Shown here: in pieces, positions 40,180 through 49,703 of the stretch
Numbering within the stretch: position 1 is the first letter of the stretch
How the letters are laid out: each line of letters begins with the position of its first letter
Source: Planctomycetota bacterium
GTDB lineage: Bacteria > Planctomycetota > UBA1135 > UBA2386
Direction of reading: 5' to 3'
NCBI GenBank assembly: GCA_965228735.1
Contig: OZ245838.1
Span: forward strand, 4,800,001 to 4,864,000
Length of the DNA stretch: 64,000 nucleotides
The notes under the pieces: model-generated
Databases searched by the model: none
What the model was told of the DNA's origin: nothing
Seen by the model: the letters and a program-made list of their open reading frames with translations, nothing else
Made by a program: the position numbers and the translations under genes

Positions 40180-43014
40180 ATGAGTTCTCCCGACTCAACC
40201 GAGGCGATCGAGGCCGCCTTTCTGGCGTACCGATGCAACCGGGACCCTGCCGCGCTCGCGACGGTGTACGACGGAACCGTCTCCCGACTGCTCGCGATCG
40301 CAACCCACATCAGCGGCGACACGGCGCTCGCGGAGGATGCCGTCCAGGAGACGTTCTTGTTCGCGCTCGAGAACCCGGAGCGGTGGAATCCGTCCCGGCC
40401 GCTCGTTCCGTGGTTGCTCTCGATCCTCGGCTTTCGGTTGAAGAAGGCTCGGGCACGTGAGCGGCGGGAGCCCGATCCAGAACGAGTTCCGGTGATGATG
40501 AGCGCGACCTCGGAGCCCGGAGCGGAGTTTGCGGCCAGCGAAGAGTTTGCGCGGATCGAACGTGCGATCACCCATCTGCCGCAGCCGTATCAAACGGTCG
40601 TCCTGTTGCGACTTCGCAGCGGGCTGCGTCCCGTGGACATCGCGGTCGCGCTCAACAGGAAGCCGAGCACCGTTCGCGCGCAACTGACTCGGGGTCTGGA
40701 GATGCTGCGGCGAGTTCTCCCGGTGGCGACGGTCGCGATGTTGTCGGGATCGCTGTCGGCGGCGTTCCGCAACCCGTCCGCACGGGAGGCCGTGCTTGCC
40801 CGTGCCACCGAACTGCATCGAGCTGTTCTGCTGGCACGTCGGGTGACCTGGCTGCGTTGCTGGGCGGTAGGCATGACGGCCTGCTTCGTCGCCGTCCTCG
40901 CGTGGTCGGGGTGGCACAGTGATGACGCCAGCAGAGCGCAGCTCGCCCAGCTCGACGGCAGCGCAGAGGTTCGTGCCGCACAGGCGGCTGTGCCGGATCA
41001 GGTTCCGCGCGTCGACGCGGGCAACCGCAGCTCTCCGAGCCGCGAGGCGGTTGCCCTGGGCGGCACGCTGAGAGTGACTGTCGAGTGTTTGGATCGCGAG
41101 CTGCCCTTCGCGGCGGTCGAGCTCGAGCCGCTCGCCGATCCGCCGCGCTACCTCGTTCACCACCACACCAGATCCGGACAACGTTGGAGTGAGGTTGCCT
41201 CGAATCCTCCGGCTCCCGTCGAGCAGCTGCGGCGCGGAACGACCGGGGATCGTGGTTCCGTGGAGTTCTCCCATCTGCCGCCAGGAGGCTGGATTTGCCG
41301 GGCGCTCGATGCCGCTGCCGTATTGCGGATCGATGCCGGCGAACTGACTGAGATCCGATTGCAGGTCGACTCGCGTTCCGTGTCGGTGCGAGGGTTGGTC
41401 CTGGATCACCGCGGTCAGCCGGTGCGCGGTGCCGAAGTGTGGAGCGTCGACGAGACGCGGAGAACGCACGCGAGGAGCCTCGCTCGAACGGATGCAGGAG
41501 GGCGATTTTCAGCGGCAGTTTCACCGTTCACGACCATCGGAGTTGCCCACTCGGGCGGTGCCGTGGTCGCGACGACGCTGACGCCCGACAACACCGCGAG
41601 CGTTGCCGAAGTCGTGCTGCGCTTGGCCGGGGCGGGAGCGATGCTCGAGGGGCGCGTGGTCGACGATCGCGGTCAGCCGGTGGGCGGCGCCGTCGTCGAG
41701 GTCGGACACCCCAACGACTGGCGGGTCGCCGAGGTCGCGACGCTGCCGCGCGAGATCGCCCGCCGGATGCGAACCGTTTCCGACGCGCGCGGACGATTCA
41801 CGTTCGAGGCACTGGTGCCCGGGGAGACCATCGTGCTTGCACATCGGGGCGGACTTGGCGCGCGGCTGCACGTCATCGATCTCGAACGCAGCCAACGCTC
41901 GACCGTCGAGATCGAACTCCCCGCCGTTGCGACCCTCGAGGGCATCGTTCGTGATGCCGCCGATCGCCCGGTTGCCGGCGCCCATGTCTCGGTAGGCCGT
42001 CGCGGTCGGATCGGCCACTGCGCTGGAGTGACGGACAAGGGTGGCCGGTATCGGTTGTCGGGAATCACGCCGGGTCGGCTGACCGTGGAGGTCAACGACT
42101 ACCGGGGAGCGTTCGCGTTCCGCACGGTCGATTGCTCGGCTGGTGAAACGAGCATCTGGAACCCGGTGCTCTCGCGAGGCAACCTGCGCCTTGCCGGTCA
42201 GGTCGTCGATGCTCGGGGCAAGCCGTTCGCGGGTGGCTGGATCGTCCATCGCGGTCAATGGAGGACGCGAGTACGGAAGCTCGATGAATCCGGTCGGTTC
42301 GAGGTGGTCTTGTCCGAACGAGTTGCGGCCTTGTCGAGTGGCATCCACGTGTATTCCGACGAGCCACGCACCGAGAACGGTCGAATCACGGGCACGCCGG
42401 TCGTTGCCCGTGCGGGTCTACGGGCGGGCGCGCCGGACCTCGTGATCACCGTGCCGGACGTGCGTGCAGCTGACTGCAGAGTCAGCGGCCGGGTGATCGG
42501 CTCGCCGGGAGTGGTTCCAGCAGACCTGATGCTGACCGGGAAGACGGACAGCGAAGCTCGACGAGGCCGGGCAATCCGCATCGAGTCGGATGGCACGTTC
42601 TCAGTCGACGGGGTCTTGCCCGGCACCTATGTGCTTCGGCTCGGCGCGACTCGGCGAGCGTTCGGCCCGTTCACTCTACGTGCCGGATCACATCTCGATG
42701 TCGGCACTCTGCGACTGCCGCCGTCCGACATCGATCAACGGTTCGTCAAGGTGCATTTCGCGCTCGTCTTCCCGCACCATGTAGCAGCGACCGAGGCCGT
42801 TCAGCTCGAGGTTCGAGACGAGCACGGCTGGCTGCGCTCGTTCAAGATCCAGGGTGCCAGCCTCGCGGGGAAGGACGTGTTCGTAGAGTTGCCCCCTGGT
42901 CGCTTCGTTCTGCGGGCCACCAGTGAGTCCGAGCTGATCGCGGAGCGGCAGATCGTCGTCGATCCACGGCAGCCGATTCTCCGCGCCCTGCCGATCGTGT
43001 TTGGGCCTCAGTGA
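40180..43014 (+). CDS. ECF sigma factor with TM helix and extracytoplasmic carboxypeptidase-regulatory-like (prealbumin-fold) repeats
   Basis: AEDAVQETF, PWLLSI, STVRAQLTRG; TM AVGMTACFVAVLAW; repeated GxVxDxxGxPVxGAxV...TDxxGRF. Confidence 0.85.
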   Translation: MSSPDSTEAIEAAFLAYRCNRDPAALATVYDGTVSRLLAIATHISGDTALAEDAVQETFLFALENPERWNPSRPLVPWLLSILGFRLKKARARERREPDPERVPVMMSATSEPGAEFAASEEFARIERAITHLPQPYQTVVLLRLRSGLRPVDIAVALNRKPSTVRAQLTRGLEMLRRVLPVATVAMLSGSLSAAFRNPSAREAVLARATELHRAVLLARRVTWLRCWAVGMTACFVAVLAWSGWHSDDASRAQLAQLDGSAEVRAAQAAVPDQVPRVDAGNRSSPSREAVALGGTLRVTVECLDRELPFAAVELEPLADPPRYLVHHHTRSGQRWSEVASNPPAPVEQLRRGTTGDRGSVEFSHLPPGGWICRALDAAAVLRIDAGELTEIRLQVDSRSVSVRGLVLDHRGQPVRGAEVWSVDETRRTHARSLARTDAGGRFSAAVSPFTTIGVAHSGGAVVATTLTPDNTASVAEVVLRLAGAGAMLEGRVVDDRGQPVGGAVVEVGHPNDWRVAEVATLPREIARRMRTVSDARGRFTFEALVPGETIVLAHRGGLGARLHVIDLERSQRSTVEIELPAVATLEGIVRDAADRPVAGAHVSVGRRGRIGHCAGVTDKGGRYRLSGITPGRLTVEVNDYRGAFAFRTVDCSAGETSIWNPVLSRGNLRLAGQVVDARGKPFAGGWIVHRGQWRTRVRKLDESGRFEVVLSERVAALSSGIHVYSDEPRTENGRITGTPVVARAGLRAGAPDLVITVPDVRAADCRVSGRVIGSPGVVPADLMLTGKTDSEARRGRAIRIESDGTFSVDGVLPGTYVLRLGATRRAFGPFTLRAGSHLDVGTLRLPPSDIDQRFVKVHFALVFPHHVAATEAVQLEVRDEHGWLRSFKIQGASLAGKDVFVELPPGRFVLRATSESELIAERQIVVDPRQPILRALPIVFGPQ

Positions 43015-43107
43015 CGGGCGTTCCACCGGGCCCGGAACTGACTGTCGTGATCGACGAGGCCTGAGCGGCGTCCGCGCTCGGGACGGTGGCGCACTCACCG
43101 ACGGTAC

Positions 43108-43893
43108 TCACTGGTCGAGCGCGGTCGTGCGCCACCCGTTCGCATCCGCGGATGCGACGAGGAGGCCTTCGCCTTTCGCGTCGAGCTCGCCGACGAGTTT
43201 GCCGCCCGCGGCCCAGATCGAACTGCGGCCGGCAGCGGGCAGGCCGCCCGACGGTCCGCCGTAGTTGGCGAACGCGACTGTCATCGAGTGGCGCTCGGCA
43301 AACTTCCGCAGGCGGGCTCGTTCGGCATCCAGATCCGCCGGGATCACGAACATGCTCGCGAGGTAACAACGAGCACCTCGGCGAGCCGCGCTGGCGGCGT
43401 GCGAGGGTTCACCGATGTCAGCGCAGATCGCGATCGCGGCCGGGTTCCCGTGAAGCGGCACGAGGGGATCACTGTCGCCCGCGACGAACACGCTGTCCTC
43501 CCGCGGCGGGACGCGGCCAGCAGGGTTGGCGTCGGGTGGGAACGCACCGAGGCGACGCTTGGTGTAGACCGCGGTCGAACCGTCGGGCCCGAACACGGGC
43601 GCGCTGAGGCAGAGTCGGCCGTCGACCCGGATCGGTGCGCCGGCGATCAGCGTGATTCCGCGGTCCGTTGCGAGGGCGCGCAGCGGCGCGAGGCGGTCGT
43701 CGTTGAGTTCCATCGCGAGTTCTGCCGCGAGCTCCAGTTCGTAGCCCGTCAGCGACAGCTCGGGGAAGACGACGAGCTGGGCGCCGGCGTCTGCCGCGCG
43801 TGCGGCGAGGCGAAGGTGGTCCGCGCGGTTGGCCTCGAAGTCTCCGGGCCGGGGGATGGTCTGAGCGATCGCCAGCGCAGCAGGGGCATTCAC
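43108..43893 (-). CDS. Carbon-nitrogen hydrolase (nitrilase family)
   Basis: VFPELSLTGY, YTKRRL, AICAD (E-K-C triad). Confidence 0.9.
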   Translation of the reverse strand: MNAPAALAIAQTIPRPGDFEANRADHLRLAARAADAGAQLVVFPELSLTGYELELAAELAMELNDDRLAPLRALATDRGITLIAGAPIRVDGRLCLSAPVFGPDGSTAVYTKRRLGAFPPDANPAGRVPPREDSVFVAGDSDPLVPLHGNPAAIAICADIGEPSHAASAARRGARCYLASMFVIPADLDAERARLRKFAERHSMTVAFANYGGPSGGLPAAGRSSIWAAGGKLVGELDAKGEGLLVASADANGWRTTALDQ

Positions 43894-43976
43894 GATTCGG
43901 ATGCTAACTCGGGTGATCTGCGTTCGGGTCCCGGGCTGCCATTCCGGTGGTCGGCCGTTGGCGATACGAAGGAGCC

Positions 43977-45332
43977 ATGGACTACGACCTGTTCGTCATC
44001 GGCGCCGGCTCGGGCGGGGTGCGCGCCGCGCGCATGGCCGCGGGCTTCGGCGCCAAGGTAGCGATCGCCGAGCACCTCTACCTCGGCGGCACGTGCGTGA
44101 ACGTCGGCTGTGTGCCGAAGAAGCTCTACGTCTACGCGTCCGAGTACGGCAAGGCGTTCGAGGACGCGCGGGGTTTCGGTTGGCGCAGTCAGGTGCCCGA
44201 GTTCGACTGGTCCACGTTGCGCGACAACAAGACCGACGAGATCGGACGGCTCAACTCGGTCTACGACAAGATGCTCTCCAACGTCGGCGCGGACGTGATC
44301 CGGGGGAAGGCCAGTATCGTGGGCCCGAACGAGGTCGAGGTGAACGGGCAGCGACACACGGCCGGCAAGATCCTCATCGCGACCGGCGGCTGGCCTCGAC
44401 GCGACACCCGGCCCGGTACCGAGCTCGGCATCACGTCCAACGAGGTGTTCGATCTGAAAGAGTTCCCGCAGCGGCTGCTCGTCGCGGGTGGCGGCTACAT
44501 CGCGGTCGAGTTCGCCGGCATCTTCAACGGCCTCGGCGCCGAGGTGATCCAGCTCTATCGCGGACCGCTGTTCCTGCGCGGGTTCGATCAGGACATCCGC
44601 GAGTTCGCGGCGCAGGAGCTGCCGAAGACCGGCATCGATCTGCGTTTCGAGGTGATCATCGACTCGATCGAGCGCACGGCGGACGGCCTGCGTTGCCAGC
44701 TCTCGGACGGCAAGGATGTGACGGTCGACCAGGTGCTCTACGCGATCGGTCGCGAGCCGAACACCGAGGGTCTCGGCCTCGAGAACGTCGACGTGCGCTG
44801 CGACGATCAGGGCTACATCGAGGTCGACGACGACTTCCGCACCGCGACGCCGTCGATCTTCGCGGTCGGCGACGTGACCGGCGGCATGGAGTTGACGCCC
44901 GTCGCACTCGCGGAAGGCATGGCGTTCGCGCGCAAGCAATTCGGCTCGATGCAGCGGCCGGTCGAATACGACTTCATTCCGTCGGCGGTGTTCTGCCAGC
45001 CCAACATCGGGACGGTCGGCTTCACCGAGGAAGAGGCGCGCGGGGAGTTCGACAGCATCACGCTCTACAAGTCGTCGTTCCGACCGATGAAGCACACGAT
45101 CAGCGGGCGCGACGAGAAGACGTTCATGAAGCTCATCGTCGACGACGCGACGGATCGGGTCGTTGGCGTTCACATGATGGGGCCCGACGCAGGCGAGATC
45201 ATCCAGGGCATCGCGATCGCGCTGAAGGCCGGCGCGACGAAGGCGACGTTCGACGCGACGATCGGCATCCACCCGACCGCGGCGGAGGAGTTCGTCACGA
45301 TGCGCGAGCCGTGGCAGGAGTCCAAGTCATGA
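43977..45332 (+). CDS. gor: Glutathione-disulfide reductase
   Basis: AAGGAG RBS; YDLFVIGAGSGG, GGTCVNVGCVPKK, LTPVAL, TIGIHPTAAEEFVTMR. Confidence 0.93.
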   Translation: MDYDLFVIGAGSGGVRAARMAAGFGAKVAIAEHLYLGGTCVNVGCVPKKLYVYASEYGKAFEDARGFGWRSQVPEFDWSTLRDNKTDEIGRLNSVYDKMLSNVGADVIRGKASIVGPNEVEVNGQRHTAGKILIATGGWPRRDTRPGTELGITSNEVFDLKEFPQRLLVAGGGYIAVEFAGIFNGLGAEVIQLYRGPLFLRGFDQDIREFAAQELPKTGIDLRFEVIIDSIERTADGLRCQLSDGKDVTVDQVLYAIGREPNTEGLGLENVDVRCDDQGYIEVDDDFRTATPSIFAVGDVTGGMELTPVALAEGMAFARKQFGSMQRPVEYDFIPSAVFCQPNIGTVGFTEEEARGEFDSITLYKSSFRPMKHTISGRDEKTFMKLIVDDATDRVVGVHMMGPDAGEIIQGIAIALKAGATKATFDATIGIHPTAAEEFVTMREPWQESKS

Positions 45333-45721
45333 GCGACGATCGCGAACGCATCTCCTCTGGTTCGGAGTTCGAGCGCCAGGTCGCCTACTCGCGAGCCGTC
45401 GTCTGCGGGCCCGACATCTTCGTCTCCGGCACGACGGGTTACGACTACACCACGATGACGATCGAGTCCGATGTCGTGGCGCAATGCCGGCAGGCGCTGC
45501 AGAACATCGAAGCGGCGCTCGCGCAGGCCGGCTCGTCGCTGCGCGACGTGGTGCGCGTGACGTACATCCTGCCGGACCCGGACGACTTCGAGGCGTGCTG
45601 GCCCGTGCTGCGCGAGTACTTCGGCGACGTGCGACCGGCAGCGACGATGCTCTCGGCGCGGCTCCTCAACGCCGACATCAAGATCGAGATCGAGGTGACC
45701 GCGCGCAAGCGTTCGGTGTGA
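45329..45721 (+). CDS. RidA/YjgF-family protein
   Basis: ATGA overlap; ISSGSEFERQVAYSRAV...FVSGTTG...RPAATM...IEIEVTA. Confidence 0.92.
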   Translation: MSDDRERISSGSEFERQVAYSRAVVCGPDIFVSGTTGYDYTTMTIESDVVAQCRQALQNIEAALAQAGSSLRDVVRVTYILPDPDDFEACWPVLREYFGDVRPAATMLSARLLNADIKIEIEVTARKRSV

Positions 45722-45872
45722 CGCCGGGCACCGCTCCCCGCTGTGCGTCGCCGTGAGCAACGACCACCGGCGTCAGCGCAGCTTCTCCGTTTCGCAGCGC
45801 GGCCTTGCGTTGTCGGACGTACGCGCGGTTGGGCGGCGGAGCCAGATCGGCGGGCTCTGGTAGTCTGGACCG

Positions 45873-47249
45873 ATGACCGTGCCGACCCGTCTGCTGCCGT
45901 GTCGCGGCGCCGCTCTCACGATGCTCGCTCTTGCCGGCGCTGTCGTAGCGCAGGCGGAGGCGCTTCCTCGCACCGCGGCCGAGGTCATCGACGCGTGGCT
46001 CGACGCACGACACGACGGCCCGCTGCTGCCGACGCCCGCGAGCACCGCGGCGTTGCTTGCGGAGCTGCGGGCGCTCGGCGTCAATACACCGGCTGCGCTC
46101 GAGGCGGCGCTGCGGGCACCGCGCCACGAGTATCCGCCCGCGGCCGAGTTGCTCGGCAAGACGACCGAGCACGAGGTCGAGTGCTACCACGTCGACTACA
46201 CGACACGGTTCTTCCTGTTCGTGCCGCAGGGCTACACGCCCGACCGCGCGCACCCGCTCGTGTTCGTCGCGCACGGCGGCAATTCGTCGATGTCGCCCGA
46301 GCGGGCCGGCCGGGTCGCGCGTTCGTATCTGCAGGCCTACGCGCCCGCAATGGCCGAGCACCTCGGCGCGATCGTCGTCGCGCCGGCCAGCTCGCGCGGC
46401 TGGGGGCAGATCGGCAACTCCATCGCGCTGTCCGTGATCTCGGACCTGCAGCGCCGCCTGCACATCGACGGCGATCGCCTCTACGTCACCGGTCAGTCGA
46501 TGGGTGGGCACATGGCCTTTCGCACCGCGCTGACGCTCGGCGACCGGTTCGCCGCGGTGTCGCCGCAGAGCGGCGGGTATGACTTCGTCGCGAAGCGGGC
46601 GATCGGCAACCTGCTGTCGGTGCCGGGGTATGTCACGTGGGGCAAGCGCGAGCCGTACGGCATCGACAAGGACAGTCGAACGAACGCCGCGTGGGCGCAA
46701 GAGCACGACCTCGACTGGGTCTTCGTCGAGAAGAACGGCGGTCACGAGATCTACGCCGACGAACAGCCGAAGGTCGCACGCTTCTTCGGCGCGCACCCGC
46801 GCAACCTGCATCGGCCCGAGGTCTACATCCGCGCGGGCGGCGCGATGAAGTTCACGCGGACCTGGGGCGTGAAGGGTTGGCCGGAACACACGGTGCGTCA
46901 CGAGACCCGACCGCTGCGCTGGAACATGCGCCACTGGCTCGAACTGACTCCGCGGCCGGACCATGAGGGGCCGTTGACCGCACACGCGTGCTACGTGGGC
47001 AAGAACCGCTTCGAGATCACGGCGAACGCGGTCCGCGAACTTCAGGTCTACCTGCACCCTGCCATGGTCGACCTCGCCGCGCCCGTGCACGTCGTCGTGA
47101 ACGGAACCGAGCGCTTCGCCGGCAAGGCCGAGACCGATCCGCGTCTGATGCTCGAACTCGTGCGCGAGTTCGACGACCGCGGGCGCATCTGGTGGGCCCG
47201 CGTTCGGGTCGAGGTGCCCGACGATCGACCCGATCCGTTCGGGTTTTGA
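45873..47249 (+). CDS. Secreted alpha/beta hydrolase
   Basis: Signal peptide; PLVFVAHG, RLYVTGQSMGG, GGH. Confidence 0.85.
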   Translation: MTVPTRLLPCRGAALTMLALAGAVVAQAEALPRTAAEVIDAWLDARHDGPLLPTPASTAALLAELRALGVNTPAALEAALRAPRHEYPPAAELLGKTTEHEVECYHVDYTTRFFLFVPQGYTPDRAHPLVFVAHGGNSSMSPERAGRVARSYLQAYAPAMAEHLGAIVVAPASSRGWGQIGNSIALSVISDLQRRLHIDGDRLYVTGQSMGGHMAFRTALTLGDRFAAVSPQSGGYDFVAKRAIGNLLSVPGYVTWGKREPYGIDKDSRTNAAWAQEHDLDWVFVEKNGGHEIYADEQPKVARFFGAHPRNLHRPEVYIRAGGAMKFTRTWGVKGWPEHTVRHETRPLRWNMRHWLELTPRPDHEGPLTAHACYVGKNRFEITANAVRELQVYLHPAMVDLAAPVHVVVNGTERFAGKAETDPRLMLELVREFDDRGRIWWARVRVEVPDDRPDPFGF

Positions 47250-47332
47250 CGGTCATCGGGGTTGGCCGGAGCGCGCATCGCACGCTCGACAGCTGCCTAT
47301 CTGCTTGCAGGCGGTCTGCTGCAGGCTGGTCG

Positions 47333-47593
47333 CTACAGGCGATACGTGATCCGACCGCGGGTCAGATCGTACGGCGACAGTTCCGCGCGGACGCGGTCGC
47401 CCTGCGTGATGCGGATGCGGAACCGACCCATCTTGCCGCCCGTCTTGCAGATCGGGGTCTGGTCGGTGCCATCGATACGAATGCGGTAGCGGCCATCACC
47501 GAGTGCCTGCAGGACTTCGCCCTCGACCTCGATCGCCTCTTCCTTCTGCGACGGCGGGGGGCCGCCACCAGAGCCACGCCGATGCCGACTCAT
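47333..47593 (-). CDS. infA: Translation initiation factor IF-1 (divergent)
   Basis: KEEAIEVEGEV...GKM..FRIRI..GDRV..ELSPYDLTRGRITYR; GAGG RBS. Confidence 0.85.
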   Translation of the reverse strand: MSRHRRGSGGGPPPSQKEEAIEVEGEVLQALGDGRYRIRIDGTDQTPICKTGGKMGRFRIRITQGDRVRAELSPYDLTRGRITYRL

Positions 47594-47774
47594 CGGTTCT
47601 GGCCCTCCGCGAGGACGCGGGCAACGGGGCGAAGAGGAACAGCTGTGGGATGATGTGGAGTTCTTTGCATTCGTACGGCGGAAGATGATATCCGCGATGA
47701 TCGTCCTCTGCGACCCCCTAGCCGTAGTCGGGGCGCCGAAGGGCCCGCGGAAACGGCGGTCGCCGGGGCGCCGA

Positions 47775-48543
47775 TCACGGTCGCTCGCGCCAGTTGCGGA
47801 CCGTCGGCAGGGGGGCCGGTCGGCCGGATCGGTTCGCCCGCCCGGGCCCCGCGACCAGGTCGGCGACGAGGCAGCGCTGCACGGGCAGGCCGGCGGTGCC
47901 GCGCGGTCGGCAGGTTGCGATCGACCGGACCTGCCAGCCGGCGGCCGGGCCCGGGAGCGCCGTTACCTCGACGGCCACGTCGGCGTCGCCGCGCGCGCGC
48001 GCGCGCGAGCGCCAGCAACAACGTCGGCGGTCCGGCCAGGCGTTCGGGTCGCCCGGAGATCAGCGACGGCAGCTCGGGCACGACCGGAGTCAGCAGCAGC
48101 GTCAGTGCCGCGCCGATCACGAACACGACGATCGCGGCGAGCAGCGGCATCTCGAGCCGGCGCCGCAGCTGGTCGCGGACGCGCGCGCGCAGGCTCGCGT
48201 CGGTGGCGATCTCGTCGAGCACGCCGGGCAGATCACCGGACTTGATCCCGGCCTCGACGAGTGCGCGATAGATCGGCGGGAAGCGTTCGGCTCGCTGGCC
48301 ATACGCCTGTTCGAACGGCACGCCCGCCTCGATCTCGGTGGCCATCGTGGCGCACTCGTTCTTCAGCTGTCCGCTGTCGACGTCGTGCACCAGGTTGCGC
48401 AGCGCTTCCGGCAACGGCAGGTCGGCGCGACACAGCCCCGCGAGGCTGCGATGGAACATGCCGATGTCACCGTACGGCTCCGGCTGCTGCTGCGGCTCCG
48501 CGGTGACCGAGCCGCTATGAACGTCGTCCTGCACCAAGGACAC
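47775..48543 (-). pseudogene. Type II secretion/pilus F-family (GspF/PilC) gene, truncated and frameshifted
   Basis: AGGAGG RBS; FHRSLAGLCRADLPLPEAL...FPPIYRALVEAGIKSGDL and one TM; coding sense is lost at the (CG)9 run 47990-48007. Confidence 0.7.
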
Positions 48544-49633
48544 GGTCGACCTCCTGGTAGTCGGTGATGCCGCGTTCGACGAGCCGCTCGGCCGCGTCGC
48601 GCAGGTTGGGAAAGTCACTGTCGGCCGCCGCTGCGGCGAGCTCGCTGCCGTCGCTGCGCGCGAGCACGGCACGGCGGAGGCTCGGCTGCATCGGCAGCCA
48701 CTCGGCGATGAGCTGGCGACCGGCGTAGCCCGAGCCGTGACAGCGCGGGCATTCGCTGCCGGCGCACGGCGCGGCGTCGCAGAGGCGCCGAAGGAGCCGT
48801 TGCGCGAGCACCCCGCGCACCGTCGTCGTCAGGACGAACGGCTCGACGCCCATCTCGAGCAATCGCGCGAACACCTCCGACGCACAACCGGCGTGCAAGG
48901 TCGATGCCACGAGGTGGCCCGTGAGTCCGGCCTCGAGCGCGATCGCCGCGGTCTCGCGGTCGCGGATCTCGCCGACGAGCAGGACGTCGGGATCCTGGCG
49001 CAGCAGCGAACGCAGGGCCTTGGAGAAGCCGAGTCCCGCGGCCGGATCGACCTCTGTTTGCACCACGCCTTCGAGTCGGCGTTCGACCGGGTCCTCGACC
49101 GTCACGATCGTGCGCTCGATATCGTGGTGTGCGAGGTGCTGCATGCACGAGTACAGCGTCGTCGTCTTGCCGCTGCCGCTCGGGCCCGTGAGGAGTACGA
49201 CGCCGTCGGGTTGTTCGATGGCGTGCGCGAGTGCCTTGCCGACCTCTTTCTCGAGCCCGAGTTCCGTCAGGGCGCGGGGCGCGCCGTCCGGCGCGTCGAA
49301 GCGCAGGGCCACGCGTTCGCCGAACAGCGTCGGGTAGGTCGCGACCCGGACCTCGCGGCCGATGCCCGAACGTGCCGCCGCGATGCGTCCTTCCTGCGGC
49401 ACGTCGCGGCGATAGACGAGCAGCTCGGCGAGCGCTTTGCAGCGGCCGACGAGCTGCGGACTCAGTTCGGCGGGCAGCGTCTCGACGGTGCTGAGTGCGC
49501 CATCGCGTCGCATGCGAACGCGCACGCCACCCTCGGTCGGATCGAGGTGGAGATCGCTGGCGCCGCGTTCGAGCGCGCTCTGCAGCAATCGCTCGACGAC
49601 CGCCGGGGCCGGTGCATCGACAAGATCGGGCAC
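48515..49633 (-). CDS. GspE/PilB-family secretion ATPase (short, lacking N-terminal domain)
   Basis: ASDLHLDP, PQEGRI, TGPSGSGKTTTLY, TVEDPVE, LRQDPDVLLVGEIRD, TGHLVASTLH. Confidence 0.92.
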   Translation of the reverse strand: MPDLVDAPAPAVVERLLQSALERGASDLHLDPTEGGVRVRMRRDGALSTVETLPAELSPQLVGRCKALAELLVYRRDVPQEGRIAAARSGIGREVRVATYPTLFGERVALRFDAPDGAPRALTELGLEKEVGKALAHAIEQPDGVVLLTGPSGSGKTTTLYSCMQHLAHHDIERTIVTVEDPVERRLEGVVQTEVDPAAGLGFSKALRSLLRQDPDVLLVGEIRDRETAAIALEAGLTGHLVASTLHAGCASEVFARLLEMGVEPFVLTTTVRGVLAQRLLRRLCDAAPCAGSECPRCHGSGYAGRQLIAEWLPMQPSLRRAVLARSDGSELAAAAADSDFPNLRDAAERLVERGITDYQEVDRVLGAGRRS

Positions 49634-49703
49634 GGTCCGTCATCGGCGAGACGGTGAACCCGCTTGCTCGCGGCGCGCAGTCGTCGATGGCACCGCGGCC
49701 TGG

